DNA of 46,140 bases from Clostridia bacterium (GTDB taxonomy: Bacteria; Bacillota; Sulfobacillia; RBS10-35; JAJYVM01). The number at the start of each line of letters is the position of its first letter. Position 1 is the first letter of the stretch. The DNA is taken from assembly GCA_027314765.1 (NCBI GenBank), contig DAHVAF010000263.1, forward strand, positions 1 to 46,140, given 5' to 3'. The notes below the pieces were generated by a model. That model saw only the letters and a list, made by a program, of their open reading frames with translations, had not been told where the DNA came from and did not search any database. This document shows positions 19,849 to 28,342 of this stretch, piece after piece. Both the position numbers and the translations under genes were made by a program.

Positions 19849-20597
19849 TCGTAGAAGGCAGGGGACTTCTTCAGCGTCGCCCACTGGGCGGGGTCGTGGC
19901 CGTAGAGCAGCATCGCGTGGTCCATGGCCTGCAGCCGGCGGGCGCTGGCCCTGGCGGCCACGGGGTCCTGGTAGGCCCCCCAGTTGTCCCTGTCCAGGTT
20001 GTCCTGCACGTAGATGGCGTCGATGCCGATGATGACCTTTCCGGTCCGGGCCAGGCTGACGGCCACCGACATGTGCCCCGGCACGTGCCCGGGGGTCTTC
20101 AGCAGCCGAACGCCGGGCGCGATCTCCGGCTCATCGTCCACGACGTGCCACCGGAGGCCGGAGATGTCGTACGTGGCCCGCGGATAGTGCGCGTCCGGGC
20201 GCATGATGTCCTCGTAGCAGTCCCGCTGCACGTAGATCTCACTCTGCGTGAAGTCGCGGGTGTTGCCAGCGTGGTCGAAGTGGAAGTGCGTCGCCACCAG
20301 GATGTCGATGTCGGCGGGCGTGAGGCCGAGCCCTGCAAGGCGGTTCACCACATAGTCCTCGGCCCGCATGCGCACCTTCAGGACCTCGCCGAACGGCTGG
20401 CCGCGGAAGGTGGCCTCGGGGTCGTCGACGTGGACCCGGTCCATGCCGGTGTCCACGAGGATATTGCGGCCGTCGTCCGCGCGGATGAGGTAGCCGACGA
20501 TCGGGATCGTCCACCACGTGCCGGCATCCAGCCCGGGCGTGAGGACGGAGCCCTTGTCCACGTAGCAGTCGCCGAGGTGCAGGATGTAAAGCCGCAT
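19845..20597 (-). CDS. Metallo-beta-lactamase fold N-acyl homoserine lactonase-like hydrolase
   Basis: 250 aa. Contains THFHFDHAGN (HxHxDH), TPGHVPGH and a late GHD, with the length and layout of AiiA-type lactonases. Confidence 0.75.
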   Translation of the reverse strand: MRLYILHLGDCYVDKGSVLTPGLDAGTWWTIPIVGYLIRADDGRNILVDTGMDRVHVDDPEATFRGQPFGEVLKVRMRAEDYVVNRLAGLGLTPADIDILVATHFHFDHAGNTRDFTQSEIYVQRDCYEDIMRPDAHYPRATYDISGLRWHVVDDEPEIAPGVRLLKTPGHVPGHMSVAVSLARTGKVIIGIDAIYVQDNLDRDNWGAYQDPVAARASARRLQAMDHAMLLYGHDPAQWATLKKSPAFYE

Positions 20598-20623
20598 GGG
20601 GCCGGGGGTTCGCGCCCGCGGGC

Positions 20624-20651
20624 ACCATCCCCTCTGACGGGATGGTACAAT
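20624..20651 (+). promoter_or_regulatory. Extended -10 promoter overlapped by an inverted repeat (candidate operator)
   Basis: ACCATCCC-N7-GGGATGGT (20624-20646) runs directly into TGgTACAAT (TG at 20643-20644, TACAAT at 20646-20651). It lies in the divergent region between the lactonase gene and the ABC-2 operon. Confidence 0.35.
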
Positions 20652-20718
20652 CGTGCCCTCCGTCCCTGGCGGGCTTCCGCCAGGGCTTTGGCGCGCTCGA
20701 CGAGGGGGTGCGCCACGC

Positions 20719-21486
20719 GTGGTCTACGTGCTCGCGGCCCGCGCGGCCGTGCGGCGGGAGCTGCAATACCGCTGGGCGCACATGGTGAACAACCTGGGCA
20801 GCGCCGTGTTCGGATTCGTCTACATCGCGGCCTGGCGGGCGGTCCTGGGGCGGCAGTCCCTCTCCGGGGTCGACGCCGCCTTCATGACCCGCTACATGGT
20901 CGTGAGCCAGGTCTTCCTCTGGCTCACGACGTTCATGACCTTCGGCCTCGGCATCCCGGAGGGGATGCGCACCGGGTCCGTGGCGGCCGATCTCGCCCGG
21001 CCCGTCGACTTCTTCGGGCTCTATGCGGCGCGCGAGGCGGGGGCCCTGGCCTACGGGCTGCTGTACCGCTGTCTGCCCATGGCGGTCCTGTTCGCCCTGA
21101 CCGTTGGCTTCCCGCTGCCAGGGTCATGGCCCCTCGGCCTGGCCGGGGTCGCCCTCGGCGCGTACGTGGGCCTATGTCTGAACTATCTCGCCGGCCTGGC
21201 GGCGTTCTGGACGGTCCAGGCCAGGTGGGCATGGGGCCTCCGCCAGACCTTGACCCTGGTCCTCGGCGGCATTGCGGTGCCCCCAGCCGTGTACCCGGGC
21301 TGGCTCCAGGGCGTCGTGGCATGGTCGCCGTTTCGGGCCTGCGGGGCGATCCCGACGCTGATTTGGCTCGGGCGGGCCGGAGCCGGCGATCTGGCCGCGG
21401 CGGCCGGCTGGGCGGCTGCCCTGACGCTGCTGGCCCGGGCGCTGACGGGCGCGGCCCGGCGCAGGGTGGAGGTGCAGGGCGGATGA
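20719..21486 (+). CDS. ABC-2 family transporter permease (DUF990-like)
   Basis: Polytopic membrane protein, paralogous in size and layout to the next gene. I prefer GTG 20719, which follows GAGGGGG. The track start at 20653 sits 2 nt after the putative -10 box. Confidence 0.72.
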   Translation: MVYVLAARAAVRRELQYRWAHMVNNLGSAVFGFVYIAAWRAVLGRQSLSGVDAAFMTRYMVVSQVFLWLTTFMTFGLGIPEGMRTGSVAADLARPVDFFGLYAAREAGALAYGLLYRCLPMAVLFALTVGFPLPGSWPLGLAGVALGAYVGLCLNYLAGLAAFWTVQARWAWGLRQTLTLVLGGIAVPPAVYPGWLQGVVAWSPFRACGAIPTLIWLGRAGAGDLAAAAGWAAALTLLARALTGAARRRVEVQGG

Positions 21487-22256
21487 GCGTGCTCGTCCGG
21501 CTGGTGGCAGGCACGCTGCGCGGGCAGCGCCAGTACGGCGTCGACTTTGTCGGCTCGATCGTCCTGTCCGCCCTGGTGACGGCCGGGGAGTTCGGGGTGG
21601 TGGTGATCATCCTGACCCGCTTCCCCCGCATCGCCGGCTGGAGCCTTCCCCAGCTCGCCCTGCTCTTCGGCCTCTCGGCGACCGCGACCAGCGTCTATCG
21701 CACCCTGACGGACGAGTTGCACGACTTCGAGCGATACATGGTCAACGGCGAGTTCGACGCCATCCTGCTCCGCCCGTGGCCGAGCCTGCTGGTCATGCTG
21801 GCGCGCGGGGTCAACCTGGGCAAGCTCGGCGGCCTGCTCGAGGGCCTCGGGATCACGGCGTGGGGGGCCGCCCGCCTCGGGCTGGCCCCGTCCGGCTGGG
21901 GGTGGCTGCTTCTGTTCAGCGTCACGGGCTCGGCCCTCGTCCTGGCGATCGGGATCGCCACGTCCGCCACGGCCTTCTGGCTGGAGCGGATCGGCGAGCT
22001 GCAGGTTTTCACGCTCTATGCGCCGAGCTTCGCGGCCGAGTTTCCGCAGTCGATCTATGCGGGCTGGCTGCGCGCGCTCTTTCTGAGCGCGATCCCCATC
22101 GCCTTCGTCAACTACCTGCCGGTCCGCGCCATGCTGGGGCATGGCGGCGGCATCGCCACCATGCTCCTCCCGGTTCCCGCCGCAGCCATCTCCCTCACGC
22201 TGGCGGCGCTGCTGTGGTCGGCCGGCGAGCGGCGGTACAGGAGCACCGGCAGCTGA
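21483..22256 (+). CDS. ABC-2 family transporter permease (DUF990-like)
   Basis: ATG 21483 overlaps the previous stop (ATGA). The 257-aa product has about 6 TM segments. Only the 3' third of track ORF 19896..22256 is real. Confidence 0.78.
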   Translation: MSVLVRLVAGTLRGQRQYGVDFVGSIVLSALVTAGEFGVVVIILTRFPRIAGWSLPQLALLFGLSATATSVYRTLTDELHDFERYMVNGEFDAILLRPWPSLLVMLARGVNLGKLGGLLEGLGITAWGAARLGLAPSGWGWLLLFSVTGSALVLAIGIATSATAFWLERIGELQVFTLYAPSFAAEFPQSIYAGWLRALFLSAIPIAFVNYLPVRAMLGHGGGIATMLLPVPAAAISLTLAALLWSAGERRYRSTGS

Positions 22257-23179
22257 TGATTGAGGTGCTGGGTTTGAGCAAGCGGTTCGGCGGGCACCAG
22301 GCCGTCGACGGGGTCGCATTCCGGGTGGAACCCGGTGAGTTCGTCGCGCTGCTCGGGCCGAACGGTGCGGGGAAGTCGACGACCGTCAAGATGCTCACCG
22401 GGATCCTGCACCCGGACGCCGGCTCGGTCCGGGTGGCCGGCCGCTCCCCCCAGCGCGAGCGGCGGGCGCTGGCCCGCGAGATTGGCGTCGTCTTCGGTCA
22501 GCGGACGGGGCTGTGGTGGGACCTGCCTGTGTGCGACTCCTTTGACCTGCTCGCGGCGATGTACCGGGTGCGCGCTGCAGCCGAGCGGGCAGCCGAGCTG
22601 CGCTCCCTGCTGGACCTCGATGGCTTCTGGCACACCCCGGTGCGGCGCCTGTCCCTGGGCCAGCGCGTGCGCGCGGACATCGCCGCCGCTCTGCTGCACC
22701 GCCCGAAGGTGCTCTTTCTGGACGAGCCAACGGTCGGCCTCGACCTGCTGGCCAAGGAGCGCGTGCGCGAGTTCCTGTCCGGCTACGGGCGGCAGGGGGC
22801 CACGGTCCTGCTCACCACCCACGACCTGGCCGAGGTGGAGGCCCTGTGCGGCCGAGTCCTGGTGATGAACGGCGGACGCCTGGCCTTCGACGGCACGGTG
22901 GCCGACCTGCGGCAGCGCGCGGGGGTCCCCACCCTGTTGACCGTGGAGTATGCGGGCGAGCCGGTGGGCGAGCCTGCCTGGCCAGCGGTCGCGCGGGACG
23001 GGCGCAGCCTGACCGTGTCGTTCGACCGCTCGCAGGTCGGTGCCGGCACGGTGCTGGCCGCGTTGGGCGAGCTGGGGGAGATTCTCGACATACGCCTCCA
23101 CGAGCCCGACCTGGAGAAGATGGTCCGCCGTCTCTACCTTCACCCCGCGTGCGCGCGGGACGACCCGCGCTTACTTTGA
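22256..23179 (+). CDS. ABC transporter ATP-binding protein
   Basis: Walker A GPNGAGKST, signature LSLGQR, Walker B LFLDEPTVGLD, H-loop TTHD. ATG overlaps the previous stop. The last 12 codons are supplied by the first copy of the 33-nt repeat. Confidence 0.9.
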   Translation: MIEVLGLSKRFGGHQAVDGVAFRVEPGEFVALLGPNGAGKSTTVKMLTGILHPDAGSVRVAGRSPQRERRALAREIGVVFGQRTGLWWDLPVCDSFDLLAAMYRVRAAAERAAELRSLLDLDGFWHTPVRRLSLGQRVRADIAAALLHRPKVLFLDEPTVGLDLLAKERVREFLSGYGRQGATVLLTTHDLAEVEALCGRVLVMNGGRLAFDGTVADLRQRAGVPTLLTVEYAGEPVGEPAWPAVARDGRSLTVSFDRSQVGAGTVLAALGELGEILDIRLHEPDLEKMVRRLYLHPACARDDPRLL

Positions 23180-23212
23180 ACCCCGCGTGCGCGCGGGACG
23201 ACCCGCGCTTAC
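23142..23212. repeat. Two perfect tandem copies of a 33-nt palindromic element (period 38 nt)
   Basis: accccgcgtgcgcgcgggacgacccgcgcttac occurs at 23142-23174 and 23180-23212, with a tttga linker that contains the ABC ATPase stop. Each copy can form CCCGCG-tgcg-CGCGGG or GCGCGGG-acga-CCCGCGC, and these two hairpins are mutually exclusive. Confidence 0.95.
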
Positions 23213-23235
23213 CATGAGAAGGAGGGGTGGCGGCG

Positions 23236-24849
23236 ATGCAGGCCGATCTGATCCTGACGGGCGCGACGGTGATCACCATCGATCCGGAGCGGCCGCGGGC
23301 TGAGGCGATCGCCGTCCGCGGCGGCCGAATCCTGGCCGTCGGGACAGAGGACGACGTGCGCGCCCTTCGCGGTCCGGGGACCGAGGTCCTCAACCTGCCT
23401 GGGAAGACCGTCGTGCCGGGCTTCCACGACGCCCACAACCACATGCTGAGCTTCGGCATGCAGCTGGGCACCGTGTCGCTGCGCCTCCCCACCGTGGAGG
23501 ACATCGTCGCCGCCCTGCGCGAGCGCGCCGCCCAGCAGCCGGCGGGGACCTGGGTCGTCGGCACCGGCTACGACAACAACAAGCTGCCGGGTGGCAGGCA
23601 CCCGACACGGCAGGACCTGGATCGGGTGTCGACCGACCACTTCGTGGTCGCCCGCCAGAATTCCGGGCATATGTGCGTCGCCAACAGCCGGGCCCTGGCG
23701 GACGCCGGGATCACGCGCGGCACCGAGGACCCCGAGGGGGGCCACATCATGCGCGATGAGCACGGCGAGCCCACGGGGCTCCTGCAGGAAAACGCGCAGG
23801 GGCTTCTGCGCAGCCCCGGGTACCCGTATGCCGCGGAGATGATTGTGGCCGCGCTGCGCGCGGCAAGCGACGTCTACGTGCGCGAGGGCATCACCAGCCA
23901 CACGGAGGCGGGCATCGGCCACCACTCGCCGGTGGAGCTGGACGCCTACCGCCAGGCGGTCGAGCAGGGCGCCCTTCGCGTCCGCTCCACCCTCATGGTG
24001 CACATCAGCCAGGTGCAGCACATCGGCGACTTCTTCGGCCTGCAGCAGGGCATCCGCACGGGCTGGGGCGACGACTGGCTCCGGATCGGCCCCCTCAAGA
24101 TGTTCTCCGACGGGTCGCTGATCGGCCGCACGGCGGCCATGCACGACCCCTACGCCCCGGAGCCGGAGAACGTGGGGTTCTTCGCCACGCCGCCGGAGCG
24201 GCTCCGGCAGTGGTGCATCGACGGGCACAGGAGCGGCTGGCAGCTGGCCACGCATGCCATCGGCGACCGGGCCGTGGACTTCATGCTGGACTGCTACGAG
24301 GAGGCCATGCGCCTTCACCCGCGGCCCGACCCGCGCCACCGCATCGAGCATGCCGGCGTGGTCAGCCCGGCCACCCTGGACCGCATCGCCCGGCTGGGCG
24401 TGATCCCCGTGCCGCAGCAGCACTTCATCGGCGCCATCGGCGACGGCATGGCGCGGAGCCTCGGCCCGGCCCGCACCCGCTGGTGCTACCCGCTGCGCAG
24501 CTACCTCCTGCGGGGGATCCCCCTGCCCGGCAGCTCCGACCGGCCGGTCGTCGACGGGGCGCCCCTGCTCGGCATTCACGACGCCGTCAACCAGAGGACC
24601 GCGTCGGGCGCCGACTACCAGCCGGAGGAGCGCCTCACGCCCGAGGAAGCCATCGCGGCCTACACGACAGGCTCCGCGTACGCGAGCCGCGACGAGCATG
24701 TCAAGGGCAGGATCCGTCCCGGGTTCCTCGCCGACCTCACCGTGCTGGGCGCAGACCCGACGCGCGTACCGCCGGCCGAGATCGCCGACATCCCGGTGGC
24801 CGGCACGGTCGTGGGCGGCCGCGTCGTGTACGGCGCGGGGCTTCCCTAA
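23236..24849 (+). CDS. Amidohydrolase family 3 (YtcJ-like metal-dependent hydrolase)
   Basis: Contains ADLILTGATVITID...AIAVRGGRILAVG...VVPGFHDAHNHM...HAIGDRAV...RIEHA...SDRP, typical of Amidohydro_3. ATG 23236 is 10 nt after AGGAGG; GTG 23227 is an alternative start. Confidence 0.85.
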   Translation: MQADLILTGATVITIDPERPRAEAIAVRGGRILAVGTEDDVRALRGPGTEVLNLPGKTVVPGFHDAHNHMLSFGMQLGTVSLRLPTVEDIVAALRERAAQQPAGTWVVGTGYDNNKLPGGRHPTRQDLDRVSTDHFVVARQNSGHMCVANSRALADAGITRGTEDPEGGHIMRDEHGEPTGLLQENAQGLLRSPGYPYAAEMIVAALRAASDVYVREGITSHTEAGIGHHSPVELDAYRQAVEQGALRVRSTLMVHISQVQHIGDFFGLQQGIRTGWGDDWLRIGPLKMFSDGSLIGRTAAMHDPYAPEPENVGFFATPPERLRQWCIDGHRSGWQLATHAIGDRAVDFMLDCYEEAMRLHPRPDPRHRIEHAGVVSPATLDRIARLGVIPVPQQHFIGAIGDGMARSLGPARTRWCYPLRSYLLRGIPLPGSSDRPVVDGAPLLGIHDAVNQRTASGADYQPEERLTPEEAIAAYTTGSAYASRDEHVKGRIRPGFLADLTVLGADPTRVPPAEIADIPVAGTVVGGRVVYGAGLP

Positions 24850-24900
24850 AGCGAAGTACTTTACAAAACGAAGTAGTGTATGGTTAGATAGATGCAGGCC
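24850..24900 (+). promoter_or_regulatory. AT-rich island upstream of the sigma factor gene (candidate promoter/operator)
   Basis: This is the most AT-rich stretch in the window. It holds TTTACA (24860-24865), the palindrome AAGTACTT (24854-24861), direct CGAAGTA repeats at 24852-24858 and 24869-24875, and TAGATA at 24885-24890 (19-nt spacing). Confidence 0.3.
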
Positions 24901-24962
24901 GGGCTCGGACCCGGTCCGTCGCATCGTCGGCCGCAAGGCCGGCTAGAGGGAGGATCGCACTC

Positions 24963-25823
24963 ATGTCCCCGGCCCTTATACCGCTTGACGAGGAGGCCCT
25001 GCCGGCCGGCGTCGAGGACCCGCTGCACGCCTACCTGCAGGAGATCGGCCGCACGCCGCTCCTCACGAAGGAAGAGGAAGTCGACCTCGCCCGCCGCGCG
25101 CGCGCCGGCGATGAGGAAGCCAGCCGCCGGCTGGCCTCGGCCAACCTGCGCCTTGTGGTCAGCATCGCCAAGCGCTTCGCCGGCAAGGGACTGGACCTTC
25201 TGGACCTGATCCAGGAGGGCAACCTCGGCCTGCTGAAGGCCGTCGAGCGCTTCGACCCGGATCGCGGCTTCCGCTTCAGCACGTATGCGACGTGGTGGAT
25301 TCGCCAGGCCATCTCCCGCGGATTGGCCGACAAGGGCCGCCTGATCCGCATCCCGGTGCACACGGTGGATGCCCTGACCAAGGTCAACCGGACGGCCCTG
25401 CGCCTGCAGATGGAGCTCGGCCGCGACCCGAGCCAGGCGGAGATCGCCGCCGCGGTGGGCCGCTCGGCCGACAAGGTCGCCGAGCTGCTGCAGGCCGGCC
25501 AGGAGCCGGTGAGCCTGGACAGCCCCGTGGGCGAGGATGACGCGAGCCTGCTGGGCGACTTTGTCGCCGACCCCAGCTCGGCCGCCGAGGACGCCGTGTC
25601 GGCGGTGACCCGCGCCGACCTGTCCGAGGCCCTGGACGCCCTGAGCCCGCGCGAGCGCGAGGCCGTACGGCTGCGCTTCGGGCTGGCGGACGGGCACCCG
25701 CACACCCTGGAGGATGTGGGCCGCCACTTCGGCGTGACCCGCGAGCGCATGCGCCAGATCATCAGCGCCGCCCTGCGCAAGCTGCGCGAGGGCGACGTCG
25801 ACGGCCGGCTCCGCGCCGGCTGA
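24963..25823 (+). CDS. Sigma-70 family RNA polymerase sigma factor (RpoD/SigA-like regions 1.2-4, no region 1.1)
   Basis: Contains YLQEIGRTPLLTKEEE, NLRLVVSIAKRF, LIQEGNLGLLKAVERFDP..G..FSTYATWWIRQAI, IRIPVH and TLEDVGRHFGVTRERMRQI. ATG follows GAGGGAGGA. Confidence 0.9.
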   Translation: MSPALIPLDEEALPAGVEDPLHAYLQEIGRTPLLTKEEEVDLARRARAGDEEASRRLASANLRLVVSIAKRFAGKGLDLLDLIQEGNLGLLKAVERFDPDRGFRFSTYATWWIRQAISRGLADKGRLIRIPVHTVDALTKVNRTALRLQMELGRDPSQAEIAAAVGRSADKVAELLQAGQEPVSLDSPVGEDDASLLGDFVADPSSAAEDAVSAVTRADLSEALDALSPREREAVRLRFGLADGHPHTLEDVGRHFGVTRERMRQIISAALRKLREGDVDGRLRAG

Positions 25824-25831
25824 CCGGTCCA

Positions 25832-25861
25832 GCGCCCCCACCCCCTTCCCGGTGGGGGCGC
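25832..25861 (+). terminator. GC-rich hairpin after the sigma factor gene
   Basis: A perfect 11-bp stem, GCGCCCCCACC-cccttccc-GGTGGGGGCGC, lies 9 nt after the stop. No U-tract, so function as an intrinsic terminator is uncertain. Confidence 0.45.
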
Positions 25862-25868
25862 ACTCTCC

Positions 25869-25897
25869 TGGACCGTCGTTCCCACCCCCGGTATAGT
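25869..25897 (+). promoter_or_regulatory. Candidate promoter of the MFS gene
   Basis: TGGACC (25869-25874), a 17-nt spacer, then TATAGT (25892-25897), just upstream of GGAGG (25905-25909). Confidence 0.3.
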
Positions 25898-25920
25898 GGC
25901 ATGCGGAGGTGGCCCGCCCG

Positions 25921-27177
25921 GTGCGCCAGATCTTCGGATCCCTGGGCCTTCCGGCGTTCCGGCGCCTGTGGCTCGTCATCGCCGAGGCCGGCTGCGGCCA
26001 GTGGGCCATCCAGCTTGCCGTCGGCTGGCTGGTGCAGAGCCTCACCCACAGCACCTTCTGGGTCGGGGCCAGCCTCTTTGCCCTCATGATCCCGAACGTT
26101 GTGGCCGCGCCCTGGAGCGGGGTGCTGGCGGACCGCTTCCACCGCGGCCGGCTGCTCGCGGGCGCCCTGGCACTCTCGGCCGCGGCGTCCCTCGGCCTCG
26201 GCGTGCTCGCCGTCCTCGGCCGCGACGCCATCTGGCCCATCCTGGGCCTGGTCCTGCTGCTGGGCATCGGCGGCACCCTCCTGGCCACCGCCTCCACGGC
26301 CCTGCTGCCCAACGTGATTGAGGATACCGACCTGCTCAACGCGTCCGCTCTCCAGGGGATCGCGCAGATGGGCTCCGAGTTCATTGGGCCGGCGCTGGCC
26401 GCGGTGCTGCTGGCCGCCAGCGGCTCCTGGGCCGTCTTCGCCGTGTGCGTGGCCCTTTATGGCGTGGCCGCCTGGCAATCGCGGGGCATCCACCCGCGGA
26501 GGGCCCAGCCCGCCGCGACCGCGACCGGCGTCCGCTTCATGGACGGCGTGCGCTATGTCCGCGCCAACCCGCCCCTCGGCGTCCTGGTGGGTATCCTGCT
26601 CGGGCACTGCGGCCTCACCATGGCCTACATGGGCATCCTGCCCGCCTTCGTCCAGGGGTCGCTCCATGGCGGCGCCGCCCTTTTCGGCTCGATCATGACG
26701 CTGGTCGGCCTCGGGTCCATCCTGGGGGCCCTGCCGCTGATGGTGGTGAAGAACCTGCGGGTGCGCGGATCGCTGTACCTGATCTCGGCCCTGGCCAGCG
26801 GTCTGAGCACGGCGGCGCTGGGCCTGTCGCACTCGCCGGCGGCGGCCGTGGTGACCGCGCTGGCCGTCGGTGCCTCGCAGGGCATGTTCATGACCATCGC
26901 CTTCGCCGAGGTGCAGGAGCGGAGCAGCGAGGAGTTCCGCGGCCGCGTCTCCGCGATCTACCTGCTGCTGGCCGGCGGCGCCATGGCCGTGGCCAACTGG
27001 GGCTACGGCTTCCTCGGAGCCGTGGTGGAGCCGGCCCACATCCTGGCCGGAATGGGCGCGGCCTTCGTCCTCGTCTTCCTGGTCGTGGCCGCCGGCTCCG
27101 ACTCGATGCGCTCCGTCTGCAGCCTGCCGCCCCGGCGGCGGCCCGTGCTGCGGGTGTCCATGGCCGGCGGCGAGTAG
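25921..27177 (+). CDS. MFS transporter (EntS/MFS_3-like)
   Basis: About 12 TM segments. The N-terminal FRRLWL...G...L..GW and VLADRFHRGRLL are typical of this MFS subgroup. GTG 25921 is 11 nt after GGAGG; the track start at 25909 abuts the RBS. Confidence 0.82.
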   Translation: MRQIFGSLGLPAFRRLWLVIAEAGCGQWAIQLAVGWLVQSLTHSTFWVGASLFALMIPNVVAAPWSGVLADRFHRGRLLAGALALSAAASLGLGVLAVLGRDAIWPILGLVLLLGIGGTLLATASTALLPNVIEDTDLLNASALQGIAQMGSEFIGPALAAVLLAASGSWAVFAVCVALYGVAAWQSRGIHPRRAQPAATATGVRFMDGVRYVRANPPLGVLVGILLGHCGLTMAYMGILPAFVQGSLHGGAALFGSIMTLVGLGSILGALPLMVVKNLRVRGSLYLISALASGLSTAALGLSHSPAAAVVTALAVGASQGMFMTIAFAEVQERSSEEFRGRVSAIYLLLAGGAMAVANWGYGFLGAVVEPAHILAGMGAAFVLVFLVVAAGSDSMRSVCSLPPRRRPVLRVSMAGGE

Positions 27178-27184
27178 CCGCCGC

Positions 27185-28342
27185 TCAGCCGCCCCAGACC
27201 TCCCCGAACACGCGCAGCGCATTGCCGCCGAGGATGCCGGCCACCTGCTCATCGCTGTAGCCGCGCGCCACAAGGCCGCGGGCGATGTTGGGGAAGTCGC
27301 GGTAGTCGTCAAAACACACCAGGTTGACCACCGAGTCGATACCGTGCTCCGGGCGGAAGCCGATGGCGCGGGAGTGCTCGTCCAGCCGCCGCAGCGCGGA
27401 CTTGGTCAGCTGCAGGGGCCAGTCCGTGCCGATGGCCACATGGCGCCAGCCCACCAGGGTCGCGATGTAGTCGATGGGGTCAAGCATCGCGGCGATCGTG
27501 ACACACTCGCCCGGCGCCAGGAAGAAGGGCACGGCCAGCACCCCGATCACGCCACCCGTCGCGGCGATCGCCCGCAGCTCCTCGTCGGACTTCCCGCGGT
27601 CATGGGCGTAGACGCCGCGCGCCGCCGTGTGCGTCGCCACGACCGGAGCCCTGGAGAGGGCGCAGCAGTCCAGTGTCGTGCGGCGCCCGGAATGGGCGGT
27701 GTCGACGACCATGCGCAGCTCGTTCATGCGGCGGACGAACGCCAGGCCAAAGTCGGTGAGTCCCCCGTCCGACCGGTCTGTGCAGCCGGAGCCCACATAG
27801 TTCTGGGAGTTGTAGGTCAGGCCCATCAGCCGGACTCCGTAGTCGTGCAGCACGTCCAGAATGCCGACATCGCGGGCGATTCCGGTCGTGTCCTGGGTCG
27901 TGAGAAAGCCCACCCGCGCACCCTCCCGCTTCGCGCGCCGGAGGTCCTCCGCGCACAGGGCCTTGCGCAGCCAGGGCAGGCGGTCGAACTGGGCGGTGTG
28001 CAGCGCGAAGGATGCCGCCATCGCCGCCGGCGAGTCGAGCACGAACTGCCGGTTGCCGGCGGTGATGCCTGAGCCCTCCCAGCACGTCTGAAAGTCGGGG
28101 CTCTCGCCCACAAGGGCTTTCCGGACGGGCAGGGCGCGCGCAAAGGTCAGCGTGCCCCCGAGGTCGTGCGTGCGCGTCCAGAAGGCCTCCACCTCCGCCT
28201 CCATGGCCGGCGTGAACGACCTGTAGCCCACCGGTCCCTGAAAGAGCAGGTCGATCACCACGCTCTCGGCCATCAGGCGAGCCGCCCGCTCCTCCTGCGC
28301 GGCCGTGAGGCCGAAGTCAAACGTCCCGGACACCAAAGCCAC
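27185..28342 (-). CDS. Peptidase M19 (membrane dipeptidase) family protein
   Basis: Contains GLTYNSQNYVGSGC, VVDTAHSG, ATHTAARGV...DRGKSDEELRAIA, IGTDWP and GGNALRVF. I prefer GTG 28342, preceded by GGGAGGGGG. The 42 extra N-terminal codons in the track look non-coding. Confidence 0.8.
   Translation of the reverse strand: MALVSGTFDFGLTAAQEERAARLMAESVVIDLLFQGPVGYRSFTPAMEAEVEAFWTRTHDLGGTLTFARALPVRKALVGESPDFQTCWEGSGITAGNRQFVLDSPAAMAASFALHTAQFDRLPWLRKALCAEDLRRAKREGARVGFLTTQDTTGIARDVGILDVLHDYGVRLMGLTYNSQNYVGSGCTDRSDGGLTDFGLAFVRRMNELRMVVDTAHSGRRTTLDCCALSRAPVVATHTAARGVYAHDRGKSDEELRAIAATGGVIGVLAVPFFLAPGECVTIAAMLDPIDYIATLVGWRHVAIGTDWPLQLTKSALRRLDEHSRAIGFRPEHGIDSVVNLVCFDDYRDFPNIARGLVARGYSDEQVAGILGGNALRVFGEVWGG

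Noticed and set aside
23142-23212. Possible CRISPR array, because the repeat resembles a type I-E consensus
   Set aside because: There are only two copies, separated by 5 nt rather than a spacer of about 32 nt. No further repeats and no cas genes occur in the window. I treat it as a tandem palindromic element instead.
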